Shown here piece by piece: positions 1 through 11,356 of a stretch of DNA of 64,000 bases. The translations under genes were made by a program, and so were the position numbers. Numbering within the stretch: position 1 is the stretch's first letter; the number at the start of each line of letters is the position of its first letter. Below the pieces are notes generated by a model, which saw only the letters and a list, made by a program, of their open reading frames with translations, was not told where the DNA came from and searched no databases. The stretch is from Hemiscyllium ocellatum (taxonomy: Eukaryota). The stretch covers positions 12,957,259-13,021,258 of the forward strand of contig NC_083409.1 of NCBI RefSeq assembly GCF_020745735.1. The letters are read 5' to 3'.

Positions 1-1100
1 AAAAGCGCAGCAGGTCAGGCAGCATCCGGGGAGTAGGAGAATCAATGTTTTGGGCAGAAGCCCTTCATCAGACATGTTGGGAAGGACGACTTGCGGAACA
101 TTTCTGGGACACATGCACCAAACAACCCCACCACCCTGTGGCCGGACACTTCAAATCCCCCTCCAACTCTGCCAAGGACATACAAGTCCGGGGCCTCCTC
201 CACTGCCAACTCCAAGCTACCCAAAATCTGATCAGATTAGATTAGATTCTCTACAGTATGGAAACAGGCCCTTCATCCCAACATGTCCATACCAACCCTC
301 CGAAGAGTAACCCCACCCAGACCCTCTCCCCTACCTAATATTTACCCCTGACTAATGCACATAACACTATGACAATTTAGTATGGCCAATTCAGCTAACC
401 TACACATTCTGATTAGATTAGGTTCCCTAGAAATTGAAAACAGGCCCTTCGACCCAACCAGTTCGTACCGATCCTCTGAAGAGTAACCCAATGAGACCCA
501 TATCACTCTGACTAATGTACCTAACACTGCGGGCAATTTAGAACGGCCCATTCACCTGACCTGCACATCTTTGGACTATGCACCCAGAGCACCCGGAGAA
601 AACCCGGACATGGGGAGAACGTGCAACCTCCACACAGACAGTTGCCGAGGGCTGGAATCGAACCTGGGTCCCTAGTGCTGTGAGGCAGCAGTGCTAACCA
701 CTGAGATACTATGTCTGGAAGAAGAATGCCTCACTTTCCACCTTGGGACGCCCCAACCACACGACATCAATGTTGTTTTCACTAGTTTCGTTATCTCCCC
801 TCCCCACCCCCCAACGAATATCCAATCCTCCAACTGGACACCACCCTCTTGAACCTTCCAAATCTATCCATCATCCATCCCACCTATCTGCTCCACCATC
901 CCTTCTGAACTATCACTATCACCTCCCCCCCACCTGCATCTACCTATCTCCTTCCCAGCTACTTTCCTCCACCCCCTGCCCCACCTTCCTATTGATCTCT
1001 CAGCCCCATTCCACTCCCACAACCTTCACGATGAAGAGCTGATGCCCGAAACATCGATTCTCCTGTCCCTCAGATGCTGCCTGACCTGCTGTGCTTTTCC
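1..1100 (+). mobile_element. Penelope-like element 3' fragment (GIY-YIG region plus terminal repeat), with an inverted terminal copy at 1-71, interrupted by a SINE
   Basis: 45-230 encodes RLAEHFWDTCTKQPHHPVAGHFKSP, and the element resumes after the SINE with gaagaatgcctcactttccaccttggg (EEERLIFRLGTLQP-like). The terminal repeat (gatgaagagctgatgcccgaaac...gatgctgcctgacctgctg) lies at about 1030-1100. Confidence 0.7.
235..705 (-). mobile_element. HE1-type tRNA-derived SINE (one partial and one fuller copy in tandem)
   Basis: Starts with a (gatta)n tail. The reverse complement of the tRNA head with A/B boxes (gaatcgaacctgggtcc...gcagcagtgctaaccactg) is at about 655-705. Confidence 0.8.
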
Positions 1101-1399
1101 AGGGCAACACTTTTCCACTCTAGCTCCTAGTAGTGTATAACCAGTGTTTAATTTGATAGTGTATTTAATTACTGTTCTCTGTATAATGGATACTGGTAAT
1201 TTCACTGTTTATTACATTTACATTTGCTCCTGTATTATACTTACCTTTTGTATTGAATAAACCCAGAGATTCCTTTGCCCTGAAACACCCATCTACTGCC
1301 CTCTTCATTTGACATTTTTATGTAAATCCAGCAGCAGAACCAGGGATCTGGGCTAGATTCAAACCATCTAAAAATCCGCAAATTACTGATCATAAACTG

Positions 1400-1720
1400 G
1401 ACAGGGTACCCTGATTGCACTGTAAGAGTAATTGGAGTTCTCTTGTAGTGTTGGTTCTGAAACCAAATGTTTCAATTAGATTCTGTGTAGACAGTTGGAA
1501 AGTGAATGTAGTCACAAAGATGGATTTGTACCCTATTCCCAGGCCAGGAGATTGCATTGATAGGGTAGGTAGTGTGTCATTCTTATCCAAAAGTGATTTG
1601 TTAAAAGTACCACTGACAACACGCGCAAAGGAAATTTCTGCATTTGCTGCATTCTGGATCTTTGTATACAATGGAAAACTCAAATACGTTCTAAACATTT
1701 TGGGATGACAGGGTGTAGAC
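1400..1720 (+). mobile_element. Ty3/Gypsy reverse transcriptase fragment (decayed)
   Basis: ORF 1415-1708, SNWSSLVVLVLKPNVSIRFCVDSWKVNVVTKMDLYPIPRPGDCIDRVG...DLLK..VPLTTRAKEISAF, matches the Gypsy RT pattern SPWASPVVLVPKxDGSxRFCVDYRKVN...YPIPRIDD. Confidence 0.85.
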
Positions 1721-1759
1721 TGATAGCAGCACTGAAGAAAACTAGTTTTATTCACGAAA

Positions 1760-4260
1760 TGGTTTTGGAAAATTTATGGGATTAAATTCAAATAAATCCA
1801 CAGGATCCAATAGTCTACACCTCAGATTACTTCAGGAAATGCCCAAAATGTTTGGAAACATTGATGTTCAAGATTCTATACATTCTGGGATAATCCCCAC
1901 TGACTGGAGAGTTGCTAATGTAACATCACTATTTAAAATGGAAGGGAGAGAGAAACTGGACAACTTAGACCAATCAGCCTGAAAATACTCGAGTCTATTA
2001 TGAAAGATTTAATCACTGAAAGACAGTGACAGGATTAGACAGAGTCAGCATGGTTTGTGGAAAGGGAAATCATGCTTAACAAATTGACTGGAATTGCTTG
2101 AGTCTGCAAAGAGCAAATTTGACAAGAAGGAGGCAATTGACATAGTACATTTGGAAATTTTACAAGGTTTTTAATAAGTCCCACAGAAGAGAGCGTAAAA
2201 AATTAAGACTCCTGGGACTGGGGGCAGTGTACTGACATGGATAGAGAACTGGTTGGCAGGCTGGAAACAAAGAGTAAAAATAAACTGGCCTCTTTTCTGA
2301 AAGGGTACCACAGGCCTGGATCCAGCTATTCACGATATTTGTTCATGGTTTAGATGAGGGAACTTAAGAGTAATATCTCCAAGTTTGCAGATGACACAAA
2401 GCTGGGTGGAAGGGGGAGCTGTGAGGAGGATGCAGAGATACCTCAGTGTGATTTGGAGATGTTGAGTGATGGCAGATGAAATACAATGAAGTTAAATGTG
2501 AGGTTACCCAGTTTAGTAGCAAAAATTGGAAGCAGATTATTATCTGAATGGTGATAGATTGGGAATGGGGAGATGCAATAAGATCTGGGTGTCCGTGTAT
2601 ACCAGTCACTGAAAGTCAGCGTGCAGGTGCTGCAGGCAGTGAAGAAGGTAACTGATATGTTACCTTCATAGTGAGAGGATTTGAGTACAGGATCGGGGAT
2701 GTCTTGCTGTAATTGTATGGGGTCTTAGTGAGACCACACCTGGAATATCCAAACCAAAACTGGTTCAGAGACAGGAGACAGTGGGTGGAGGCAGAAAGTT
2801 GTTTGTGTGATTGGGTCCAGTGTGCAGTGGGATACCACAGGGATCAGTGCTGGGTCCCTTATTGTTCAGGATGTATTGAAACAATGAAGATGAGAATGTG
2901 AGAGGTGAGGGGTGGGGGTGAGTGGATGATGACTGAATTTGTAGATGACACAAGGTTTGGCAGATGGTTGACAGTGAGGAAGAAGGTCTTAGGTTACAGG
3001 AAGATCTAACTGGATCGGTCCGATGGGCAGATCAGAGTCAGATAGAACTTACCCCTGATAACTGTGAGGTGATGAACTTTGGAAGATATAACAGGTCAAC
3101 AAGGTATTTATGAAGGTAGACAGAACACTTGCCTTTATCATTTCAGGTATAGATGAGAAGACCAGGGAAGAGATGTTGGAGCTGTACAGAACTTTGGTTA
3201 CGCCACAGCTGGAGTACTGTGTGCAGTTCTGGTCATCACGCGATCGGAAGGATAGGATTGTACTGGAGGGGATGCAGAGAATAATCACCAGGATGTTGCT
3301 TGGGATGAAGCATTTCAGCGATGAAGAGAGGCTGGATAAACTCGGGTTGTTTTCTTTGAAGCAGAGAAGGTGGAATGGGGACCTGATAGAGGTGCATAAG
3401 GGTATGAAGGGAATGGGCAGAATGAATAGAAAGCAGCTTTTCCCCTTACTCCGAGTTGGCACACATTCACTGTGAAAGACAGGAGCTTTAGAGGGGATTT
3501 GAAGAGCAGGTTTTCATTCAGAGGGTCTTGGGGGTCTGGTTTGCACTGCCTGGGATGGTAGATGAGGTGGCAAATCTCTCAACCTTTTTAAACTACTTGG
3601 ATGAACACTTGAAATTTCGTAACATTTAAAGCTATCGGCCTTGTGTTGGAAAGTGGGACTGGTGCAGGTTGAGTGTAGTTTGGCTGGGTACACAGTTAAT
3701 GGGCTGAAGGGCCTCTTCTGTACTGTTGATTTTATGATTCTGTTGTGTGCAGTTTTGGTCTCCTTATCTGAGGAAGAATGTTCTGGCTGTGGAGGGAGGG
3801 CAGCGAGGGTTTACCAGACTGATTCCTGGGAGGACAGCACTTAGACCTGAGGAGAAATTGGATTGGTTAGGATTATATTCACTGGAGGTTAGAAGATTGA
3901 GGGGGGTCACATTGAAAAATCGAAAATCCTAACAGGATAAGGCAGGATGTTCCTGATGTCTGGGGAGTCCAGAACCAAGGATTACAATTTAAGGATATGG
4001 GAAAGGCCATGTAGGGCTGAGATGGAGAGAAATGTTTTCATTCAGTGAATGGGAAGCCTGTGGAAGTTTCTGACATTGAAAGAAATTGAGCTCAAACCAC
4101 TGAATGCTTTCGAGAAAGGGCACGATATAGTTCTCAAGGTAGAAGGGTTCAAAGGTTACGGGGACAAAGTGGGAACAGGCGATTGTGGTGGATGATCAGC
4201 CATTGTCATATTGAATGGCGGAACAAGCTCCAAGGGCTACTCCTGCTCCTAGCTTCACTG
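1760..4260 (+). mobile_element. Stacked CR1-clade LINE ORF2 fragments
   Basis: Contains the motifs DWRVANVTSLFK, LVTPQLEYCVQFWS and LGLFSLKQRR, with many stops and frameshifts. Confidence 0.85.
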
Positions 4261-5344
4261 TTTGGGAGACTATTCATCAATATGGAAACGTATTAATTGA
4301 AAACACAAATTTGCCTTGGGTTAGGAATTAGTTTGGAGGCAGGAGACAGAGAGGAGGGATAATGTGTGTGCTCTCCAATGAGCAAAATGTGGATAGTCGT
4401 GTCCCCAAGGATCTGTGCTGGGACCTGAGTGTTTCACAATATCTCTCAATGATGTGCATAAAGGATTAGACAGCCATATATGTAAGATTACTAACCACAC
4501 AGAATGAGGCAGCTAGAAGGAGGTTACAGAGATAGGGAGGGTTGAAGGACAGGTAGGGTTTGAGAATAAGGATGAGAATTTGTAAATCATGATGTTGTTG
4601 GACCGGGAGCCAATGTCGGTCAGTGAGGACAGTGGGGGTTGGGGATGGGGCTTGGTGCGAACTTGGATACGGGCAGCAGAGTTTGGGATGAGCTGAAGTT
4701 TACAGAGGGCAGTGGCTGTGATGTGGCACAGGACAACATTGAATTGATCACATTTGGAGTCCCAAAGCAAAGAGATTTTGAGTGAGTGATCTCTGTGACG
4801 TGGAGATTTGGGGTTCAGATCATCCTCAAAGATAAGGCCAAGATAGCAAGGAGTCTGACACTAAATAAAAGCTGAAAAAGCTGTGGTTGCTGTAAATGAG
4901 AAACAGAAACAGATATTGCTGGAAAAGCTCAGCAGGTCTGGCACCATCTGTGGAGAGAAAGCAGAGTTAACATTTTGGGTCAAGAGAACCTTTTTCAGAA
5001 CTGTTCTGTTTTTGTAAAGAGTGCTCAGGGAGAGGGATGAAGTTTTTAGTGGGATCTGAAAAGGATGGATTTGATCTTCCCAATGTGTTTCCCTGTGAGC
5101 CTGGCTCCTCAGTCCTGACTGCTCTTAGCTGCTGTGATTGTCACTGATTGGACACTTATTATTAGAGATTCTGACCACAGCAGAAAGCCCCAGTGTAAAA
5201 AATAAATGCAAGGACTGTCAGATCGCAAGGTTGAAACTTCACTGAGAGAGGAAGTGAAAGAAGGAGCTCAGAGCAGCTGGACGTTTGTTACTGAGATGGG
5301 AGAAAACTGTGAACTGTCTGCACTCCCTGGAATCTGACAGCACA

Positions 5345-5640
5345 TAAGAACATTAAAACCAGGAGCAGGAGCAGCCTATCTGGCCCCTCAACCCCGCGCG
5401 CCATTCAATAAGATCATGGCTGATCTTTTCATGGTCTCAGCTCCCTCTACCCACCCCCTCACCATTACCCTTAATTCTTTTACTGTTCAAAAAATTATCT
5501 GTCTTAGCTTCAAAAACATTTACTAAGGAAACCTCAACGACTTCGCTGGGCAGGGAATTCCATAGATTCACCACCCTCTGGGTGAAGAAGTTCCTTCTCA
5601 ATTCAGTCCGAAATCTGCTCCCCCTAGCACAGGAGGAGGC
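5345..5640 (-). mobile_element. CR1 3' end fragment
   Basis: ORF 5437-5643 encodes FRTELRRNFFTQRVVNLWNSLP. Confidence 0.8.
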
Positions 5641-6299
5641 CATTCAGCCCATCATGTCTGTGAGTGATCCCACTGCCCCTCCCTCTCCCCATAACCCAGC
5701 AATTTTTTCCTTTTCAGCTCAATCTCTAGTTGCCTCTTGTAGACCTGGGTCCACAGCAGAGACTGTTCCCTAACCTGGGCTCCAAATTGGCATCTTATTC
5801 ATTCACTGGGAGACAAACTGCCTGGGCTGGGAAATGGAGCTCACGACCCTGAACATTCCCTCTCCCCTCCTGAGGGACAATTGATGCTGAGGGATAGTTC
5901 CATGGAGCCCTACAATATATACCCTACCATACACACTTCCCCATTCTGTGTGTAAAAGGCTGGAGCTTGCCAGCAGGATATTCAATTGCAGGAGCCATCA
6001 TCAGTTTGATCAATTCTGACCACATTCACTTTCCAGAATGTTTAAACTCGTTACTTATATAAAATCTGTCCATCTCCTCCTACGTGTGAGGCAGGGAAGG
6101 GGCCACTCCATTTGAGACAATTTGGAATTTATGGAACAGAAATGGAGTAAGCTGGGAAAGGACATCGGAACCATACAGTTTGGAGGTGGGATGAGCAGGA
6201 ATAAGGATTTTTGTGGTCAAAGAGATGATGTAGTGCAGAGGCAAACAATGTTGTGGAGATTGAAATAAGAGACCTATGTGATGGAGAGGAAGTGGAGTT

Positions 6300-6420
6300 T
6301 GAAGCTCCAATACTGGAGGGTCCAGTGGGAAAGAGGCCCTGGCTTACTGCTCCATTGGACATTCCAGTGGGATGGAGGCCCATGTTTCCTGATCTCTGTT
6401 GGAGGTTCCAATTGAGTCTC
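6300..6420. repeat. Degenerate ~44-bp tandem array, part 1
   Basis: Units of the form ..ctggagggtccagtgggaagaggccc.. and ..catgtttcctgatctctgttggaggttcc; same family as 7470-7795. Confidence 0.55.
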
Positions 6421-7445
6421 ATGGAATTGGAATGTTGGCATTTCTTGCAGCAATTGGAATCTTGGTATTTATTATAAAAGGACTGGATTACAGAAATAAA
6501 GAAATATTGTTACAATTCTGTGAGGCTTTGGTGAGACCACATCTGAAGCATTGTGTCCAGTTGTGGTCTCCTTACTTGATGAAGGATATGGTGGCACTGG
6601 ATGCAGTTCAAAGGATGTTCACCAGACTGATTCCCGGGATGAAAGGGCTGTCGTACGGGAATGGCTGAATAGCTAGGGCTTGTACTCACTGGAATTCAGT
6701 CGCAAGACGAGAGATCTGAGTGAGCTATATAAGATGCTAAAGGGGATTGATAAGGCAGACATGGAACAGATGTTCCCTCTTGTGGGCCAGACTCGAACAA
6801 TAGGTCATAGATATGGAGTGAGAGGAGGTCGGTTCAAAACTGAGATGAGGAGAAACTACAGGTGGCACAGGGGTACAGTGGTGAGCACTGCTGCCTCACA
6901 TTGCGAGGGACCCCAGTTTGATCCCACCCTCAGGCAACTGTACGGAGTTTGCACATTCTCCCCCTGTCTGCTTGGCTTTCACTTGGGGGCTCCAGTTTCC
7001 TCCCATAGTCTAAAGATGTACAACCTAGGAGGACTGGCCATACTAAATTACCTATAGTGTCCAGGGATGTGTAGGTTAGGTTCATTAGTCATGGCAAATA
7101 TAAGGTGACAGGGACAGGGTAGGGAGAACAGGTCTGGGTGGAATGCTCTTTCAAGGGTCATTGTAAACTTGTTGGGCCAAATGGCCTGTTTCATACTGCA
7201 GGGATTCTGTTCTATTGTAACTCCTTCTCTCAGAGTGTTGTGAATCTGTAGAAGTCACTGCCCCCAGAGTGCAGTGAAGGCAGAATCAATCAACAGATTG
7301 AAGAAAGAAACAGATAAAAGCAGGATAGAGGGCAATAGGGAGCAGTCTGGAAAGTGGAGATGAGGGTAAGACCAGCCATGATTATGTTAAATGGCAAATG
7401 GGCTTGAAGGGCTGAATTACCTATTCCTGCTCTTCATTCCGAAGT
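6420..7445 (+). mobile_element. CR1 3' fragment with a nested HE1-type SINE (about 6860-7220)
   Basis: CR1 motif LVRPHLKHCVQLWSPYL. The SINE head gtggcacaggggtacagtggtgagcactgctgcctcac splits the CR1 sequence gagatgaggagaaact/ccttctctcagag. Confidence 0.8.
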
Positions 7446-7469
7446 TCCAATCTTGCTACGGCAATGTGA

Positions 7470-7795
7470 TCCATGTAACTGGTCTCTACAGGAGGATCCA
7501 GTTGCAAGAAGTCGCAGGTTTACTGGTCTCTGTTGGAGGGGTCAGTTTGAAACTGGTCCATATTTACTGGAGAGTCCAATGAAATAGAGGCCTTTCTTTC
7601 CTGGCCTCTATTGGAAGGCCCAACAGGAATGTTCGCTCATCTCTGTTGGAGTATTCAGTGGGAAGAAGGCTCATATTTACTCATCTCCATGAGAGAGTTC
7701 AGTGGCAAAGAGGCCCATGTTTAATGGTCTGTATTTGATGGTCCAGTTGGAATGAATTCCATGTTTCCTATTCGCTACTGGAGGTTCCCAATAGG
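7470..7795. repeat. Degenerate ~44-bp tandem array, part 2 (about 7-8 units)
   Basis: Recurrent atrtttactggtctctnttggaggntccagtkggaanarggccc-like units; two units counted at exactly 44 nt. Confidence 0.6.
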
Positions 7796-8224
7796 TCATG
7801 GACACCATGGTAGGTGTGGGCATCAGTTCCTTTATGTTGTAATTGTGTGATGGGTCCTGGTTTCATCCCAGAACCTGATTGTGGAAGGGGAAAGAGAAGG
7901 GAAGAGATTGGACAATGTTGTGGATGGATCAGTGGGTCAGAGTCTGTCCTGTCCGTCCAGCTCACACTGATGGCCTGAGGATCTCCTCTCTCTGCTGGGC
8001 CTTCATGGAATGAGCTTTGTGTCCAAACCAGTGAGAATGGGCCAACAGCACAGAAATGCCTTTCATTTGACAAGAATCTGTCCATCTTCCTGAGACAGGC
8101 TGATGCGTAGTCAATGTGAGAAATGGGGCCTTACTCCAGGAAAAGACATGCTTCTGTGGTCAAGAGTTAACATCCATTAGTGAGGCAGAGTTGCCAACTG
8201 GGACATTCTGAGAAAGAGAAAGGC

Positions 8225-8225
<1 letters not shown>

Positions 8226-8304
<79 letters not shown>
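8226..8304. repeat. (GT)n microsatellite
   Basis: Uninterrupted GT dinucleotide run of about 39 units. Confidence 0.95.
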
Positions 8305-8305
<1 letters not shown>

Positions 8306-9029
8306 CAGAGAGATAGAAGGACAGAGTGTGAAAGCGAGAAAGGGATAGAGAGAGTCTGAGGCAATGTAAGATGAGTAAAAGGAGAGAGAGAGCAAAATAG
8401 AGGGAGATAGAGATGGTAAGGTTAAAGAATAGAGAGAGAGAGAGAGAGAGATAGGGTATGGGACAGTGTGACTGAGAGAGAAGAATAGAAAGGAGAGAGA
8501 AAAAGACAGAGTGAGTGTGAGACTAGGGGTAAAGGGAATCGAGTGAGAGAGACAGACAGACAGACAGACAGGTTCTGGTCACCACATTATGAGAAGGATA
8601 TGACTGTACTCAAGAGGATGCAGAGCAGATTTCCCAGGATGCTGCCTGGCCTGGAGGGTCTGAGCTATGAGGAAGGATTGGAAAGGCTGGGATTGTTTCT
8701 CTTGGAGCAGTGAAGGTTGAGAGGGAACCTGCTAAAGGGCTATAAGATTATGAGGGGCAGAGATAGAGTGGACAGGAAGGCAATTTTTCCATAAGTAGAG
8801 GAATCAATACCCAGGGCAGATTTAAGATAACACAGACGGACAAAGATAGAAACAGGGAGAAGGAGTAGGGTTAGGGTTGGGGTTTCGCCCTGTGAGGCTG
8901 CTCTATCATTCAATATGATCATGGATGATCGTCTCCCTCAATGCCAAGCTGGGATTAGTATTGTTAGATCATTGATGACCTGGATAGATTTGTTTAATGC
9001 TGTTCATGTCATTGAGCTTCTGATTGAGA

Positions 9030-9534
9030 GAGGGACAGAAAACACACAAAGAGAAAGAGAGAGAGAGAGAGAGAGAGGTTCACATTGTGAGATTGAGTGA
9101 GAGGACAAGGCATTTAACAGCTACCCCAGGACTCAGTGTTCCAATATACCAGAATAGCGCCTGCTATAGAGATCAATTAGAGAGTGACAGGAGGGAGGGA
9201 CATAAACAAAGAGAGAATGAGAGAATGAGAGATTGAGGGTATGAGGAGAGAACAAGTGAGGAAACAGGTAGATAGATAAGTGAAGGAGACCAACAGATGA
9301 TAAGAGACAGAGAGAGAGAGATCAACCAACACAGAAGGAAAGGGAGATAAACAGAGTGTCAAACACACATGGAAAAAGGGAAAGATATAAGTGGTTATAT
9401 AATTGGGAGAGGACAGAGTCGGAAATGGAATAGAAAAAGAGGGAGTAAGTCAATGAATGACAGAATATATACAAGAGAAAGGGGAGAAAGAGAGAAAATG
9501 GAAAAGGGATGGAGAAAGTTCGGAAGGATGAGCA

Positions 9535-9571
<37 letters not shown>

Positions 9572-9590
9572 AGAGGAAGTGTGAGGGGCT
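9030..9590. repeat. GA-rich low-complexity tract with (GA)n runs
   Basis: (GA)n runs at about 9054-9077 and 9536-9570 within a purine-rich + strand. Confidence 0.85.
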
Positions 9591-9615
9591 GACATGGCTC
9601 TCTCTGCCCGATGTC

Positions 9616-9669
9616 ATTTACATACTGAGGAACACCCAGTCAGACTCTCACAGGCTGCAGCTTTATAAA
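9616..9669 (+). promoter_or_regulatory. Ig V promoter: octamer variant ATTTACAT (9616-9623) and TATA box TATAAA (9664-9669)
   Basis: The motifs sit about 114 and 66 nt upstream of the leader ATG, the usual position of light-chain octamer/TATA promoters. The octamer has one mismatch to ATTTGCAT. Confidence 0.7.
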
Positions 9670-9729
9670 GCAGAGCCCAGTGAAGGGAGAGTTTATCAGG
9701 AACCAGGCACAGGGACAGCAGCACACACC

Positions 9730-9778
9730 ATGATTTCACACATCGAGTTGGTCTGGCCCCTGGCATTCTGCATCGCAG
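9730..9778 (+). CDS. IGKV: Ig kappa leader exon (L-part1), MISHIELVWPLAFCIA+G
   Basis: ATG at 9730, hydrophobic peptide, phase-1 donor GT at 9779-9780, and a 168-nt intron to the AG at 9945-9946. Confidence 0.9.
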
Positions 9779-9946
9779 GTACATCAGCAATCTCTCCTTC
9801 CAACCTGAATCTTTAGCCCTCCATTTTACTTCAGTTCCACAGATTGTGATTGAAGGGAAAATGCTCAGTGTCTTCAACAATTTCTCATTTGACATGCTCT
9901 TTTTTTGAAAGTTCTGATTTCACTGTGTTTCTCTCTGACCCCTCAG

Positions 9947-10248
9947 GTATCAGCGGAGACATCATCATGACCCAGTCTCCCCCGGTGCTGTCAGTGGGAC
10001 TGGGCCAGACCGCAACACTCACCTGTAAATCCAGTCAGAGTGCCACGACTGATGTTGAATGGTTCCAGCAGCGAGAAGGACAGAAACCCTCTCTCCTGAT
10101 CTACAATGCAGTAATACGAAACACAGGAGTCTCCGACAGATTCACCGGGACAGAAGTGTCCATCACACACTTCACCCTGACAATCACCAACGTTCAGAAT
10201 GAGGATGTTGCTGACTATTACTGTCAGCAAAGTAGGAGCTGGCCTTGG
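9947..10248 (+). CDS. IGKV: Ig kappa (NS4/type III) V exon, germline and apparently intact
   Basis: GISG-DIIMTQSPPVLSVGLGQTATLTC...WFQQREGQKPSLLIY...DVADYYCQQSRSWPW. Conserved Cys (10024), Trp (10060) and YYC (10216-10224); no stops. Confidence 0.97.
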
Positions 10249-10276
10249 CACAGTGATACAGAGCCATACAAAAACC
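10249..10276 (+). other. 12-spacer recombination signal sequence of V
   Basis: CACAGTG (10249-10255) + 12 nt atacagagccat + ACAAAAACC (10268-10276); both elements are perfect consensus. Confidence 0.98.
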
Positions 10277-10810
10277 TCAATACACACAGCACCACTGCCT
10301 GTACTGACACATCCCACTGCTATATATAATATATAATAATGGACACAAAGTCCCACCTCCTGCCCTGACACATCCCACCACCATACATAATATATAATAA
10401 TGAACACACAGTCACAGTTATATATAAACAAAACTTAACAAATTAGCTCCATGCCAGGCTTGTCACTATTCAGTCCCTGTGGTATTCACTGCTCACTTAA
10501 AGCCTCGAGTTTCCTTATTAAACATATAAGCACATGTGAAGAGCAACTGCAAGGGTGAACTGTGAAAAATAAAGTTCACAAACCTCCCAAACCCAGCTGG
10601 ACACAGCCCAGACAGAGAGACAGGGACTCAACAGAAAGAGAGAAACAGTTTGAGAAAAACAGAGATAAAAGACATAGGTGACAGTGAGAAAGACAGTGAG
10701 AAGGTGAGAGTAAGTGACAGACAAAGGGGGACAGGGAGAAGGTGAAAGTGAATGAGTGACAGAGAGAGAAAGGAAGAGGGTGAGAGTGACAGAGGGAAGC
10801 AGAGAGCTAA

Positions 10811-10849
10811 GGTTTTTGTACAGCCTCTGCACTGGGTGCTCTCACTGTG
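10811..10849 (-). other. 23-spacer recombination signal sequence of J
   Basis: GGTTTTTGT (10811-10819) + 23 nt + CACTGTG (10843-10849). V12/J23 is the kappa configuration. Confidence 0.98.
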
Positions 10850-10884
10850 GTACACGTTCGGTAAAGGAACCAAGCTCAGACTGA
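10850..10884 (+). CDS. IGKJ: Ig kappa J segment, YTFGKGTKLRL
   Basis: FGxG motif directly after the RSS, and a phase-1 donor GTAAGT at 10885-10890 that is compatible with the C exon. Confidence 0.96.
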
Positions 10885-11257
10885 GTAAGTAAACCTCAAT
10901 CCTCTGTTATTAACCCTGTCAATACTGAAACACAATTTCTAAAATACAAATGCTGAATTGTTCAAGGTGTTAGTGAGAAGCTGCAGTGAATGAAATAATT
11001 GATTGAGGAGCACTGTGTCTAACAGGGTGTCTAGCTGTATTTATTTAGTTCCATTGCTCTCTTTAAGCAGCAAGATATAAGTCAGTAAGTTTTACTCACC
11101 GTGTGGAGGAGCTCTGTCCATTTGCAGCCTGTGGTCCCATTCCTGCAGCATGGAGTGAAATCAGTGAGTAGCCTCCTGCCAGTCTCAGTGTGACAGACAC
11201 GGGGCAGAGTTTGATGTGAGCTCTGGCTCCCTGTCCCAGTCTCTGATCTCACTGACC

Positions 11258-11258
11258 T

Positions 11259-11289
<31 letters not shown>
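11258..11289. repeat. (CAG)n trinucleotide repeat
   Basis: About 11 CAG units. Confidence 0.9.
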
Positions 11290-11290
<1 letters not shown>

Positions 11291-11356
11291 CAGTGAGACA
11301 CTGAGCTCCCACCTCTCCCAGCTTTAACTCTGCTCAATCACACAATCACAGAATTG

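Noticed and set aside
11289-11330. CACAGTG heptamer after the CAG repeat
   Set aside because: No nonamer at 12 or 23 nt spacing, so it is not an RSS.
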